Made by a program: the position numbers and the translations under genes. DNA of 55,291 nt from NCBI GenBank assembly GCA_049976445.1, contig JBMFIF010000004.1, positions 1 to 55,291 on the forward strand, written 5' to 3'. The notes below the pieces were generated by a model. The model did no database searches. It was given only the letters and a program-made list of their open reading frames with translations, and had not been told where the DNA came from. The stretch is from Thermoprotei archaeon. Lineage in GTDB: Archaea > Thermoproteota > Thermoprotei > Gearchaeales > WAQG01. Within the stretch, counting starts at the first letter, position 1. The number at the start of each line of letters is the position of its first letter. Positions 29,600 through 39,560 of this stretch are shown piece after piece.

Positions 29600-30895
29600 T
29601 TATTGTTTTTGCGTAGATTTTGCGTATTCTTCAAGGAAAGATATCATCCTTTCATCCAAACGTAACCATGAAGAGATTAATTTTAGATTCTTAGGATTGC
29701 TTACTATAATAGCTAAGTAAGGTAGATACTCATTGTTGATCTTTGATGTGGAAGCATGTAATTTTTTACTAAGTAATTCTAGGAGTTTTTGTTTAATTGC
29801 TCGTTTTTCTTTTAATTGGCTAGCTAATCTAAGACTTTTAGGATAATTGTAAGTTGATTTTGCAGGTCTATTTTTTACTGAAAGAGCAACCCCAGCTGAT
29901 ATGAGTTCTAAGTAATAGCTGAGAAGTTTCCAGTATCTCTTTTGTTCTGATACATTTTTAAATATATCGGCTAATGAAAGTGCATCGTATGCTGCTGCAA
30001 GGTCTCTTATGTCAGTGTAGATATATGGTAGGTTAGCTGAGATCCATGCAGAAATTATCTCTGGATCTTGTATTGTCTCGTTAAGAGCATCTCTCGCTGA
30101 TGATGCTGTTCTTGCATAGAAGATTTTTCTTAATACTGTGAACACGTCATAGACGCGATCTCTACTACTAGCTACATTGGCTAATGCTGGCGTTATGTTT
30201 TTGTCAATTGACATTGATGCTGCTAATTGTAGGTCGAGTATGGAACTTCTCATATCACCATTATTCCTTTCTGCTATTATATGTAAAGCCTGATCTTGGC
30301 ATGTAAGCTTTTCTATTAAACAGATTTTCTTAAGGTAAAAAATGACATCTCTAACTCCAAGTCTTTTAAATTCAATGAGCTGGCATTTTGATCTAAGAGC
30401 TGTTATGTTAGGATTCCATGCATCATTTGCTATTAATACAACAGGATACCGTGATGTGTCAATTATTTCTAATATCGCATTTATAATATCTAGTGCCTTA
30501 GCGCCTTCGATACTGTCTACTTCGTCAAAAAGTATTAAACGTTTTGATCTGAACTCTTTGCTTGGTTGTGCAAAATTTAGTATGTTTTCATTGATACTTG
30601 CAAAACCGGCTATCTTTTTAACTGATTCTGCATTTGCTAAATCTCCTGCATTCATTTCGATTAGATCAATATTGTATTGTTCGCATGCAACCTCTACCAA
30701 TAGTGTTTTTCCAACACCTGGTGGTCCATAGAGCATTACAGTTTTCTGTTTTGATTGTCTTCCCTCAATCCATGGTTTAAGCCACACAAGAAAGGCCTGT
30801 TTTGATTCATTATTTCCTACAATTTCTTCTACTGTTCTAGGCCTATGTTTTATCGTCCAAGGTAATCCATACCTAAGTTGTGGATTTGATATCAT
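29600..30895 (-). CDS. rfcL: Replication factor C large subunit
   Basis: 'PWTIKHRP', Walker A 'GPPGVGKT', 'LFDEVD'. 4-nt overlap with the rfcS stop. Confidence 0.9.
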   Translation of the reverse strand: MISNPQLRYGLPWTIKHRPRTVEEIVGNNESKQAFLVWLKPWIEGRQSKQKTVMLYGPPGVGKTLLVEVACEQYNIDLIEMNAGDLANAESVKKIAGFASINENILNFAQPSKEFRSKRLILFDEVDSIEGAKALDIINAILEIIDTSRYPVVLIANDAWNPNITALRSKCQLIEFKRLGVRDVIFYLKKICLIEKLTCQDQALHIIAERNNGDMRSSILDLQLAASMSIDKNITPALANVASSRDRVYDVFTVLRKIFYARTASSARDALNETIQDPEIISAWISANLPYIYTDIRDLAAAYDALSLADIFKNVSEQKRYWKLLSYYLELISAGVALSVKNRPAKSTYNYPKSLRLASQLKEKRAIKQKLLELLSKKLHASTSKINNEYLPYLAIIVSNPKNLKLISSWLRLDERMISFLEEYAKSTQKQ

Positions 30896-32748
30896 GGCTT
30901 CTCCTTTTGAACAATTTTTGATTCATACCCTATCAATGCTATTTGTGCTAACAAGGAACTAAGTTGGATCTCCTCATTGGAACCCTCCATTAACCTGTAC
31001 TCATAATCACCTAACATCTTCAGTATTTTTATCTTTACAGATTCATCAACATTTAACCTGAATACTTCTTTGTGTATTTGTGATATGATGTCATTTCCTG
31101 ATAACCCGTAGTTATATAATAATTCGTACAATTTATCACGAGCATCTGAAAATCTGCCTATTAGAGCTAGATTAAGTACTTCCCTGACTTCTTTAGGTCT
31201 CGTCATTCCTGCTACTTTATAGATAATATCTCCGGTAATCTTGCTACTTAATGCTGATGCACTTTGTAAGACATTTATTGCTTTTCTCATATCACCAGCA
31301 GAAACATCCCATATAGCTTCATAACCATCCTCTGAAACATCAACGTTCTCATTTTTAGCAATGAATTTCAACCTCTCTATTACTTTATTTTTGGGAAGTG
31401 GACTAAATCTAAACACTACAGTCCTAGATTGTATAGGTTCTATAATTTTGTTACTGTAATTACATGTTAATATGAACCTAACATTTCTGGCAAAAAGTTC
31501 CATTACTCTTCTTAATGCGGTTTGAGCATCTGCTGTCATTGCATCGCTTTCATCTAAAATTATAAGCTTAAAAGGCACATCACCTACAGGTAATGTTCGT
31601 GCAAATCTTTCCTTAATAGTTTCTCTAACAGTATCAATACCTCTTTCATCAGAATTATGCAATAAAATCGGAAGTGCTCCAGCAAAGAACTTTTCATTCC
31701 CAGGTACTGACACATCATAAACATAATCATCATAATCTATCGTTTCTATTTTCATTATCCTCACAACATGCAAATCTGAATTTATAAGAGCCATCAATTT
31801 GTAGTATTCTCTTTTTTCCTCATCACTCAATGAATTTGTATCAACTGGTAATAATAATTCTCTTAACAAATTCTTTGAAGCCACTTCTTCATTATATAAT
31901 CGATGTTCTAACGCATCTCTCCAGTTTATCTTCATTCTTCCATTTATCCTTTCAAAGAATCTCATAAACGGTATGATTGGCAATAAATTTACACTAGAAT
32001 TTTCCTTCCATTCTATTTTCACTTTTCCTTCGAATTCTAGTTTATCCATATTATATACATCTCCTAATAATTCATTTACTTTCAATTTTTGTACTAAGAA
32101 TGATCTGCCATTGTTGTTCAATGTAGAATATTCTATAGTAGTTTCATTAGTATTAGGGTTCGTATTAAATGTGAAAGATATGAGGTAATCTTTTTCCTTT
32201 AATTCATAAGCATGTTTAGTAGTAATATCTCCATTTTCATCAATTATCATTACAGAGTGATTACCTGTTAATTTTAGTTCTCCTTTTTCGAATTTTATTC
32301 TAAGTATTTTGTTTGCTTTATGCCTAATTAGGTACTTAACTTTTCTCCAAACTATTTTTCTATTTTCTTCAGTTAAAACGTCCAAATCATTAACCTTTAC
32401 ATATTCAGTAGTAGCATGATTATTGTTTTTATTAAAATAAATTTTATCCAAATCTTCAAATGCTAATTCTTTTATTCTTCCATTAACTTTTACTAATAGT
32501 GGAGTATCTTTAGAGACCGATGCATTCAGTTCTAAAGTGTTTTCTCTCCAGTTTTCGCCATACAGTTCTCTTGCAAAAGCGATAGCTGTAGCCGTCTTTC
32601 CAACACCCGCAGGGCCAGCAAATAACATATGTGGTACGCTTTTTTCTTTAACGAAAGATTTGAGTGCTCTTATAATATCATCCTGATTTATTATATCATC
32701 TAACCTCTTTGGCCTGTATTTCTCAGCCCACATTAACTCTTCTTCCAT
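30892..32748 (-). CDS. rfcS: Replication factor C small subunit, interrupted by one intein
   Basis: 'WAEKYRP', 'GPAGVGKT', 'ELNA|S...HN|SDERGI', 'ILDESDAMT', 'SRT'. ATG at 32748; the ORF track's 52-codon upstream extension is unlikely to be coding. Confidence 0.92.
   Translation of the reverse strand: MEEELMWAEKYRPKRLDDIINQDDIIRALKSFVKEKSVPHMLFAGPAGVGKTATAIAFARELYGENWRENTLELNASVSKDTPLLVKVNGRIKELAFEDLDKIYFNKNNNHATTEYVKVNDLDVLTEENRKIVWRKVKYLIRHKANKILRIKFEKGELKLTGNHSVMIIDENGDITTKHAYELKEKDYLISFTFNTNPNTNETTIEYSTLNNNGRSFLVQKLKVNELLGDVYNMDKLEFEGKVKIEWKENSSVNLLPIIPFMRFFERINGRMKINWRDALEHRLYNEEVASKNLLRELLLPVDTNSLSDEEKREYYKLMALINSDLHVVRIMKIETIDYDDYVYDVSVPGNEKFFAGALPILLHNSDERGIDTVRETIKERFARTLPVGDVPFKLIILDESDAMTADAQTALRRVMELFARNVRFILTCNYSNKIIEPIQSRTVVFRFSPLPKNKVIERLKFIAKNENVDVSEDGYEAIWDVSAGDMRKAINVLQSASALSSKITGDIIYKVAGMTRPKEVREVLNLALIGRFSDARDKLYELLYNYGLSGNDIISQIHKEVFRLNVDESVKIKILKMLGDYEYRLMEGSNEEIQLSSLLAQIALIGYESKIVQKEKP
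31654..32520 (-). mobile_element. Intein (289 aa) inserted between ELNA and SDERG of RFC-S
   Basis: Block A 'SVSKDTPLLV', block B 'LTGNHSVMI', block F/G 'VYDVSVPGNEKFFAG..ILLHN' followed by +1 Ser. Removing it restores the contiguous RFC-S motif 'ELNASDERGID'. Confidence 0.88.
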
Positions 32749-32804
32749 ACCAACACCTAAAGCTAAAATGTCACAAAACCAAATATACTTTAGGTGTTCC
32801 TCAA

Positions 32805-33590
32805 ATGTACTGGGCCTTAAAATTATTTTACGATGGCACAGCATTTCATGGTTCACAAATTCAACCAAACTTGAGAACAGTACAAGGAGAGCTTGAGAAA
32901 ACACTAAATGATCTTAAATACATAAAAGGACCTGTTAAATTTTGTTGTAGGACTGATGCTGGTGTGAGTGCTCTGAGCCAAATTGTCGTAGCAGATTTTA
33001 CTCGAAAACCGATCATAGGAGAGATAAACAGTAAACTACCTAAAGATATGTTAGTTTGGGCATATTCAGAACTTACAAAAGAATTTTTTATTAAAAAATT
33101 AATCGAGTGGAAATTATATAGATATTATCTTCCAGCATTAGAAAGCACAAATCTAGATAAAATGATCGAAGCAGCTGAATTAATAAAAGGACGTAAAGAA
33201 CTGGGTGGACTTTCAAAAAGTGGACAGGGAGGACTGATTGATGAAATAAGAATAAATCAGAAGAATGGGATATTAATAATGGATTTTAAGGGAAAATATT
33301 TTTCATGGAATCTTATAAGAAGAAGTGTTACAGCACTATACATGATAGGAATTGGAAAATTAACCATTAATCAATTTATAAATATACTAAATAATCGTAA
33401 ACTAGGTGTTCATCCAGCTCCTGCATGGGGCCTAATACTTTTAGACGTTGGTTGTAAGCTTAACTTTACTGTTGACCAACGCGCGTTACATAGGTTAAGA
33501 TTATTTGCAACAAATCTATTATTTATGATGAAAGCTCGAAGCATGATGCTGAATGATCTGATACAATTCTTAAAATATGAAAGCTCTTAA
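32805..33590 (+). CDS. truA: tRNA pseudouridine synthase A family
   Basis: 'YDGTAFHGSQIQP' and catalytic 'RTDAGVSA'. ATG at 32805. Confidence 0.8.
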   Translation: MYWALKLFYDGTAFHGSQIQPNLRTVQGELEKTLNDLKYIKGPVKFCCRTDAGVSALSQIVVADFTRKPIIGEINSKLPKDMLVWAYSELTKEFFIKKLIEWKLYRYYLPALESTNLDKMIEAAELIKGRKELGGLSKSGQGGLIDEIRINQKNGILIMDFKGKYFSWNLIRRSVTALYMIGIGKLTINQFINILNNRKLGVHPAPAWGLILLDVGCKLNFTVDQRALHRLRLFATNLLFMMKARSMMLNDLIQFLKYESS

Positions 33591-33737
33591 AAATCAAAAT
33601 TATATTATAAGTGATATCTTTAACCGAAATCTCAAAGTTAAAATGTTAAACATTTTTGATATATTATTCTTGCAAAAATAACCTTTAGAGAAAGTTATAT
33701 AGTGTTATTGCTAAATATTTTAAGGAGTTGCGCGAAT

Positions 33738-34946
33738 ATGTCGTTTGAGGAAGAGTTTGAAAAGAAGGGGATATTTAAAGATGAAAGTAGGCTCTCATCA
33801 GACTATGTTCCTGAGAGTTTACCTTTTAGAGATTCTCACATACGTCAATTAATTTCATTCTTTAAAGGTATGGTTGAAACGCCTGGTGGCACTTTTTATA
33901 AAGCTGTAGCTTATGGACCAGTAGGAACAGGCAAAACGGCTGTTTCAAAACGATTTGGTAGCTTACTAGTAGAATATGCGTTAAAAAAAGGAGTAAGCAT
34001 AAAATATGTTCACATAAACTGTTATCAAAACAGAACACTATTTATGGTCGTAAAAAGAATTGCAGATGCTATCATTCCAAACCTTCCCTCAAGAGGCTTA
34101 TCAGCACAAGAATTACTCGATATAGTATGGGATTATTTAGAAGAGAAGAATATTTATATTTTTGCTGTTGTTGATGAATTAGATTATCTAGCCAGATCGT
34201 CACCGGATACACTCTACATGCTAACAAGGCTCTCAGATACTTATCTCAATACAAAACAGAGAATCAGTATATTATTCATAGGTAGAAACTTAGCCTTTTT
34301 ACCGCTTATAGACCAAAGTGTTGCAAGTACATTATCAAGAAACATGATTAAATTTGAACCATACAAAGCTTTCCAGATCCTAAAAATATTAGAACAGAGA
34401 GTTGAAGAAGCATTTGAACCGTCAGCAGTAAGTCATGACATATTAACCTTGGTCGCAGAGACGTCTGGTGTAGATACGGGAGGTAATGGAGATGCTAGGT
34501 ATGCTCTAGAATTACTTTGGAGATCTGGCAAAATAGCTGAACAACAGGGTCTTCAAAAAATATTACCAGATCATGTGCGCATGGCAAAAAGCGAAACACA
34601 TCCATTCGTACGAGAAGAAATATTACTAAGCCTTACAGACCACGAACTACTATTACTCCAAAGCATTGCATCCACGCTTAAAAAGAGTTATAGCGTGCAC
34701 ATCACTTTCAGTGACGTAGAAGAAGAATACAACCTACTATGTGAAACAAAAAATATTGAACCGCGCAGACACACACAACTGTGGGAATATCTCCAAAACT
34801 TAAAAAATACTGGTCTCATTCACGCACGAACAATAAACAAAACTAACAGAGGAAGAACTACAATCATCAGTTTACAAGATATCCCAGCTGACATACTAGA
34901 ACAAAAAGTTAAATCAATATTAGAGGAAAGAATCAATGAAAGATGA
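33738..34946 (+). CDS. cdc6: Orc1/Cdc6 replication initiator
   Basis: 'LPFRDSHIRQL', Walker A 'GPVGTGKTA', Walker B 'VVDELDYL', and a C-terminal winged helix. ATG at 33738. Confidence 0.93.
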   Translation: MSFEEEFEKKGIFKDESRLSSDYVPESLPFRDSHIRQLISFFKGMVETPGGTFYKAVAYGPVGTGKTAVSKRFGSLLVEYALKKGVSIKYVHINCYQNRTLFMVVKRIADAIIPNLPSRGLSAQELLDIVWDYLEEKNIYIFAVVDELDYLARSSPDTLYMLTRLSDTYLNTKQRISILFIGRNLAFLPLIDQSVASTLSRNMIKFEPYKAFQILKILEQRVEEAFEPSAVSHDILTLVAETSGVDTGGNGDARYALELLWRSGKIAEQQGLQKILPDHVRMAKSETHPFVREEILLSLTDHELLLLQSIASTLKKSYSVHITFSDVEEEYNLLCETKNIEPRRHTQLWEYLQNLKNTGLIHARTINKTNRGRTTIISLQDIPADILEQKVKSILEERINER

Positions 34947-35217
34947 AACAGAAACCATTGAAAAAATGTTAGGTTCAAAAAGCAAGATAAGAATCCTAGC
35001 AACATTAATCAAACACAGAGAAATCAACATAGCAAACCTCGTAAAAATATGCGGTTCAGGATATACAGCGATAGAAAGAAGCCTAAAAGACTTAGAAAAA
35101 ATAGGCATAATTACTGAAAAAAGATTTGGAAGAATAAGGATCATCAAACTAACAGAAAACGATAAAAGAGTACAGGCCCTTATAAAACTCTTCGAGACTC
35201 TCAATAAAACTAAATAA
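34936..35217 (+). CDS. Small winged-helix DNA-binding protein (ArsR/MarR-like), overlapping the cdc6 3' end
   Basis: 93 aa. 'SKSKIRILATLIKHREINIANLVKICGSGYTAIERSLKDLEKIGIITE'. Its ATG overlaps the last 11 nt of cdc6. Confidence 0.65.
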   Translation: MKDETETIEKMLGSKSKIRILATLIKHREINIANLVKICGSGYTAIERSLKDLEKIGIITEKRFGRIRIIKLTENDKRVQALIKLFETLNKTK

Positions 35218-35220
35218 ACA

Positions 35221-35423
35221 TGCTTTGTTGCATAATTCGTGCGTGGTTTTGTGGAGCGTTTCACACGTTCCCCCCAATCTCATGATGCTTACTGATGTGG
35301 TTTGATGTATGCTAGTTAAAAGTGTTTTAAAATTGTGAGAAAACATCATCAAACACTCAACACACAAGAATCCTATATATAAAAAAACACACCAAAAGTA
35401 CGTCAGAATTATGCAACAAAGCA
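35221..35423 (+). mobile_element. MITE-A copy 2
   Basis: TIR 'tgctttgttgcataatt' ... 'aattatgcaacaaagca'. 8-bp TSD 'aataaaca' (35213-35220 and 35424-35431); the left TSD contains the stop codon of the wHTH gene. Confidence 0.88.
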
Positions 35424-35734
35424 AATAAACACAAAAATTTATATTCCTAATCAATCTATATACCTCAGCGATGATTGATCTGACCCCAATGACGGGCTCT
35501 TTTAAACAAAAGCCCGAATGAAATAGATCTTGAGTGATGAGCTAATATTAAAATGTTTAATAAATTTAATAAAAATTTATCAGCTTTATTTATTTAAATA
35601 ATTTACCTAAAAGTTATGATCGACAAAAGATATTAAGATAATATCAGATAAACTTAGTAAAACTTATAGGATAGAATTTATATTTGAATAAATAGTATAG
35701 TTGAATGTTTTACAAATATATGGTGGTATATATG

Positions 35735-36463
35735 TTTGAATTAAGAAATGTTGAAGTTTTTATAAATAATCGTAGAATTTTACATAATGTGAATTTCTCT
35801 GCAAATAACGGTGAGTTTCATATCATACTAGGTCCTAATGCATCTGGAAAAACTTCTCTTTTAAATGCTATTATGGGCATTAAACCCTACATGATCTCTA
35901 AAGGAAATGTCATCTTTATGGGTTATGATATAACTCATGAACCACCTCATATCAAAGCTAGGAAAGGTTTGGCCTTGGCACATCAATTACCACCGTCTAT
36001 AAAGGGTCTATTGGTTAAAAGTTTCATTGAAGAGCTAATTAAGAGATATAGTACTGAAAAAAGCTATATTGAACTGCTTTCTTCGATACTGGATATTAAA
36101 GGTTTGATGAATAAGTACTTATTTACAGATATGAGCGGTGGTGAGAGAAAAAGATTAGAAACGTTTTTAACATTCCTAATGAAACCTAAAGTAATTATGC
36201 TTGATGAACCGGATAGCGGTGTTGATATCGAGAGTCTTAATAAGATTGCTGATGTTATAAAAATTGCTCTCAAAATGAAAATAATAGTAATTTTAGTCAC
36301 ACATTCACTGCATATGCTTAAGATCTTAGAAAGTCACATCAATAGTGTTCACATAATTTATGGTGGAACTATTATGTGTTCGGGAACTTACAGTGATATC
36401 ATACCATTAATTGAAAAATATGGCTTTTCACAAGCAATCACAGAATTGTTAGCGAGGTCATAA
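35735..36463 (+). CDS. sufC: Fe-S cluster assembly ATPase SufC
   Basis: Walker A 'GPNASGKTS', ABC signature 'MSGGERKR', Walker B 'MLDEPDSG'. Confidence 0.9.
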   Translation, partial: FELRNVEVFINNRRILHNVNFSANNGEFHIILGPNASGKTSLLNAIMGIKPYMISKGNVIFMGYDITHEPPHIKARKGLALAHQLPPSIKGLLVKSFIEELIKRYSTEKSYIELLSSILDIKGLMNKYLFTDMSGGERKRLETFLTFLMKPKVIMLDEPDSGVDIESLNKIADVIKIALKMKIIVILVTHSLHMLKILESHINSVHIIYGGTIMCSGTYSDIIPLIEKYGFSQAITELLARS

Positions 36464-36466
36464 AAA

Positions 36467-37690
36467 ATGAACCGTGATCTAATAGTTAAGGCACTAAATA
36501 AAGCATCTCCTTATGGACCTGATATAAATTTAGAAAAGTTCGAATTAGGATTACCTTCAGGTGAAACAGTATTCTCTTCGTCTGTAAGCGATACTATGGT
36601 AGAAAGAATATCCAATAGGCTTGGTTTTAGTAATAATGTTGTAAAGAAGGCTGGATATTTACAAGTTAATGAATCAGTAATGATAAGAATTATGAGTGAA
36701 AAGCTTGAAAAGCATGGGGCAATAGTTTTACCAACTAAGGATGCATTAAAAAAGTTTGAATGGGTTAAAGATTATTCATGGAAACTTATAAATCCTGATA
36801 AGGATAAGTATGTGGCCGCAGTATATCTCTACGGTAATGAATTGGGATATTTCATTTATGTTCCACGTAATACAAAAATTAAAGAGCCTATATATACATG
36901 TCTTTTTATGACTAAAAATAATCTCGCTCAACTACTTCATAACATAGTTATTGTAGATAATGACGCTGAATTAAATCTAGTAACTGGATGCGGTGTTCCT
37001 GATCAACCGCTCGGCTCATTACATGCTGGTATTTCAGAATTCTACATTGGTAAAAATGCAAAATTAACATTCACTATGATCCATGCATGGTCACCAGGAA
37101 TGTTTGTTAGGCCTAGAACTACTATAGAGGTGATGGACGGAGGTGAATTTGTAAACTATTATGTGATTTACTCGTCAGTTAATTCTTTACAAACATATCC
37201 TCAAGTAATTCTTAGAGATAATTCTAAAGCGACACTTACTTCAGTAATCATAGGCAAAGGTGAAAGCATATACGATGTCGGGTCTGCAATAACGTTAGCT
37301 GGCAAAAATTCATCAGGGGAAATACTTTCGAGAAATTTAGGAAGAGGTAAATCTAAAATATACGCTAGATCTCGGATTGATGGTGTATTAGGTCCTTCTA
37401 AAGGTCATATAGAATGTTTAGGACTTCTCGAAGATGATACTTCAATAATAAATGCTATACCAGAATTAAGTTCATCAACTCCTGATACCATACTCACACA
37501 TGAGGCATCTATAGGTAAGATTAATGAGGAATTGATTAATTACTTAATGAGTAAAGGATTTACTGAAGATGAAGCCCGCGCTGCAATTATTAAAGGATTC
37601 TTGCACGTTGAGGAACCGAAATTACCTCCTCAAGTTATGGATACGATTAAAAGAACAATCGAATACATTGTATCAAAAGCGACCGGCTAA
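36467..37690 (+). CDS. SufB/SufD-family Fe-S assembly protein
   Basis: 407 aa immediately downstream of sufC. The beta-helix-type C-terminal region ends in '...THEASIGKINEELINYLMSKGFTEDEARAAIIKGF', typical of SufB/D. Confidence 0.85.
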   Translation: MNRDLIVKALNKASPYGPDINLEKFELGLPSGETVFSSSVSDTMVERISNRLGFSNNVVKKAGYLQVNESVMIRIMSEKLEKHGAIVLPTKDALKKFEWVKDYSWKLINPDKDKYVAAVYLYGNELGYFIYVPRNTKIKEPIYTCLFMTKNNLAQLLHNIVIVDNDAELNLVTGCGVPDQPLGSLHAGISEFYIGKNAKLTFTMIHAWSPGMFVRPRTTIEVMDGGEFVNYYVIYSSVNSLQTYPQVILRDNSKATLTSVIIGKGESIYDVGSAITLAGKNSSGEILSRNLGRGKSKIYARSRIDGVLGPSKGHIECLGLLEDDTSIINAIPELSSSTPDTILTHEASIGKINEELINYLMSKGFTEDEARAAIIKGFLHVEEPKLPPQVMDTIKRTIEYIVSKATG

Positions 37691-37694
37691 AAAG

Positions 37695-39560
37695 TTAAAA
37701 AATTATTTTATTTAATTCTGACATATCTTTTATGCTGTTCATTTTTATCATTTTGTCAGAAATTGTGTACAATACATCGTCTATATAAAGAATTCGTTTT
37801 ATGAAATATTTTCCCTCGTAAAATAAATTTGAAGTAAGATTCATGGTAGTGTTTAGATGAGAGATCTTACCTATTACTACAAATCCTTTCTCTAATGATA
37901 CATTAAAAACATATGCACCTTGCCAAATAGGTTTTCCATATTCATATGGTGGTGAGTTTGGGTCTTTTACTGCAACAAGTACAGGTATTGCCAAAAGTTT
38001 TCTTTTATAATCAAACAATAATGCTTTGTGATCATTAAGTATCGGAGAGTCTGAACCTCTATCTCCTATAATATATTTTGCAATTTCTTTTGGATTTTTA
38101 GGATCAGATACATCGAACAATGATATCTTTATACCTTGATACCATGCAAAATTGCCATAGGAATCTTCAACAGTATCCTTACCTATACCAATTACATGAG
38201 TCTCATCGTATAGATGTAAATAATTTGAATACCCAGGTATTTTTAACCATCCTAATACTTTTGGATGAATTGGGCTGCTTAAATCAATTACAAATAATGG
38301 ATCAGTCTTTTTGAAAGTTACTAAATAACCCTTATCACCAATAAATCTTGCTGAATAAATCCATTCACCAGGAGCTAAATCTGTAATGTTACTTATTATT
38401 TTCATATTATTCACATCAAGAATATATACATCATTCTTCGGTTCTGCATCCCATCTAGTTGTCGTAACTCTGAGATAACCATTATATTCATCTATTGAAA
38501 ACTGATTTAATATTGTACCTGGAACTTCACCGCTAGCTTTATATTTAATATTGTTACCACTAACACTAAATCTATAAATTAGTGTATTTTCATAGAAATT
38601 TCTAATAATTGGCATATTACTAAGAACAGGGGGTGCTTTCCACTTTGCAGATGTTATGTAAAGATTATGTAATGCCATATAAAGAGTATGCGCATCACCA
38701 AGTAAGAATGCACCAATGGCTGGATTTTCATAACCATTCACATTAAGAGCAGCAATTATAGTATATTCGTAGTAAGTTTCATTTGACTCTGGTAAATAAA
38801 ATATTTGATTAGCAGGTATATTAATTATTGCATCATTAATTTTAATCATTGGAATCTTAACAGATTCAAAAATATCTGGATTAGGAACACCCCAAAGAAA
38901 TGTTTTATGAAAATTGACAGCTGGGACTTTCGCAATAAGATAAATGTAGTCTTCTATAGCTCTTGATTCAAAATAAAATCCATTAACAGAAAAATCTGTT
39001 ATTAATTTTGGTATATTTCTATCCTCTATATCATATATTTTTATACTAACTTCATAATTATCATTTGAATCTTTACTCATTATTACTGAAAGTTTGTCAT
39101 TAAACAAAAATATGCCAATAATTTTACCGTCAAGCACAATCTTAGATAAAATATTACTATATTCCGGAGGATACGCCATGATTATATAAACTGTGTTATT
39201 CGAGGCAACATAAATATATTTACCATCAGTTTTCACAATATCTAATTCGTCAATACCCTCAACTTGAACATTAGTCTTAGAATAATAACTAGATTGATCA
39301 GACGCTGTTGCTCGTAATGGAGTTTCTAACGTTGCAGTTCCATATACAGGAATAACATTATACGATAAATGCTTAGAAATGAAAAATCTCAGCTCATTAT
39401 AAGATGAGAAGCTTTTAATTCCTTTAGCACCTGTAATATCAATGGCCTTGATAAATCTATTACTGGTTACATTCTCATTATAGTGAACCATTACTGCTAT
39501 TGATAACAGTATTAATAGTAGCACTGCAAAGGCAAAAAATTTTTCTGAGTTAAAGTTCAT
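37695..39560 (-). CDS. Secreted or membrane-anchored beta-propeller-domain protein
   Basis: N-terminal hydrophobic anchor 'FFAFAVLLLILLSIAVMV'. Repetitive beta-rich sequence; 'FSIDEYNGYLRVTTT' resembles the beta-propeller (pfam09826-like) family as I recall it. Confidence 0.55.
   Translation of the reverse strand: MNFNSEKFFAFAVLLLILLSIAVMVHYNENVTSNRFIKAIDITGAKGIKSFSSYNELRFFISKHLSYNVIPVYGTATLETPLRATASDQSSYYSKTNVQVEGIDELDIVKTDGKYIYVASNNTVYIIMAYPPEYSNILSKIVLDGKIIGIFLFNDKLSVIMSKDSNDNYEVSIKIYDIEDRNIPKLITDFSVNGFYFESRAIEDYIYLIAKVPAVNFHKTFLWGVPNPDIFESVKIPMIKINDAIINIPANQIFYLPESNETYYEYTIIAALNVNGYENPAIGAFLLGDAHTLYMALHNLYITSAKWKAPPVLSNMPIIRNFYENTLIYRFSVSGNNIKYKASGEVPGTILNQFSIDEYNGYLRVTTTRWDAEPKNDVYILDVNNMKIISNITDLAPGEWIYSARFIGDKGYLVTFKKTDPLFVIDLSSPIHPKVLGWLKIPGYSNYLHLYDETHVIGIGKDTVEDSYGNFAWYQGIKISLFDVSDPKNPKEIAKYIIGDRGSDSPILNDHKALLFDYKRKLLAIPVLVAVKDPNSPPYEYGKPIWQGAYVFNVSLEKGFVVIGKISHLNTTMNLTSNLFYEGKYFIKRILYIDDVLYTISDKMIKMNSIKDMSELNKIIF

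Noticed and set aside
32749-32904. 52-codon N-terminal extension of the rfcS ORF, and the 32-codon extension of truA (32709-32804), which overlap each other
   Set aside because: The conserved N-termini begin at 'MEEELMWAEKYRP' (ATG 32748) and 'MYWALKLFYDG' (ATG 32805). The extensions would make the two divergent genes overlap and show no conservation-like features.
35149-35454. ORFs running through MITE-A copy 2: 35149-35454 and 34920-35264 (minus strand)
   Set aside because: They span a non-coding repeat whose other copies do not preserve the reading frame. They also overlap the supported wHTH gene in antisense.
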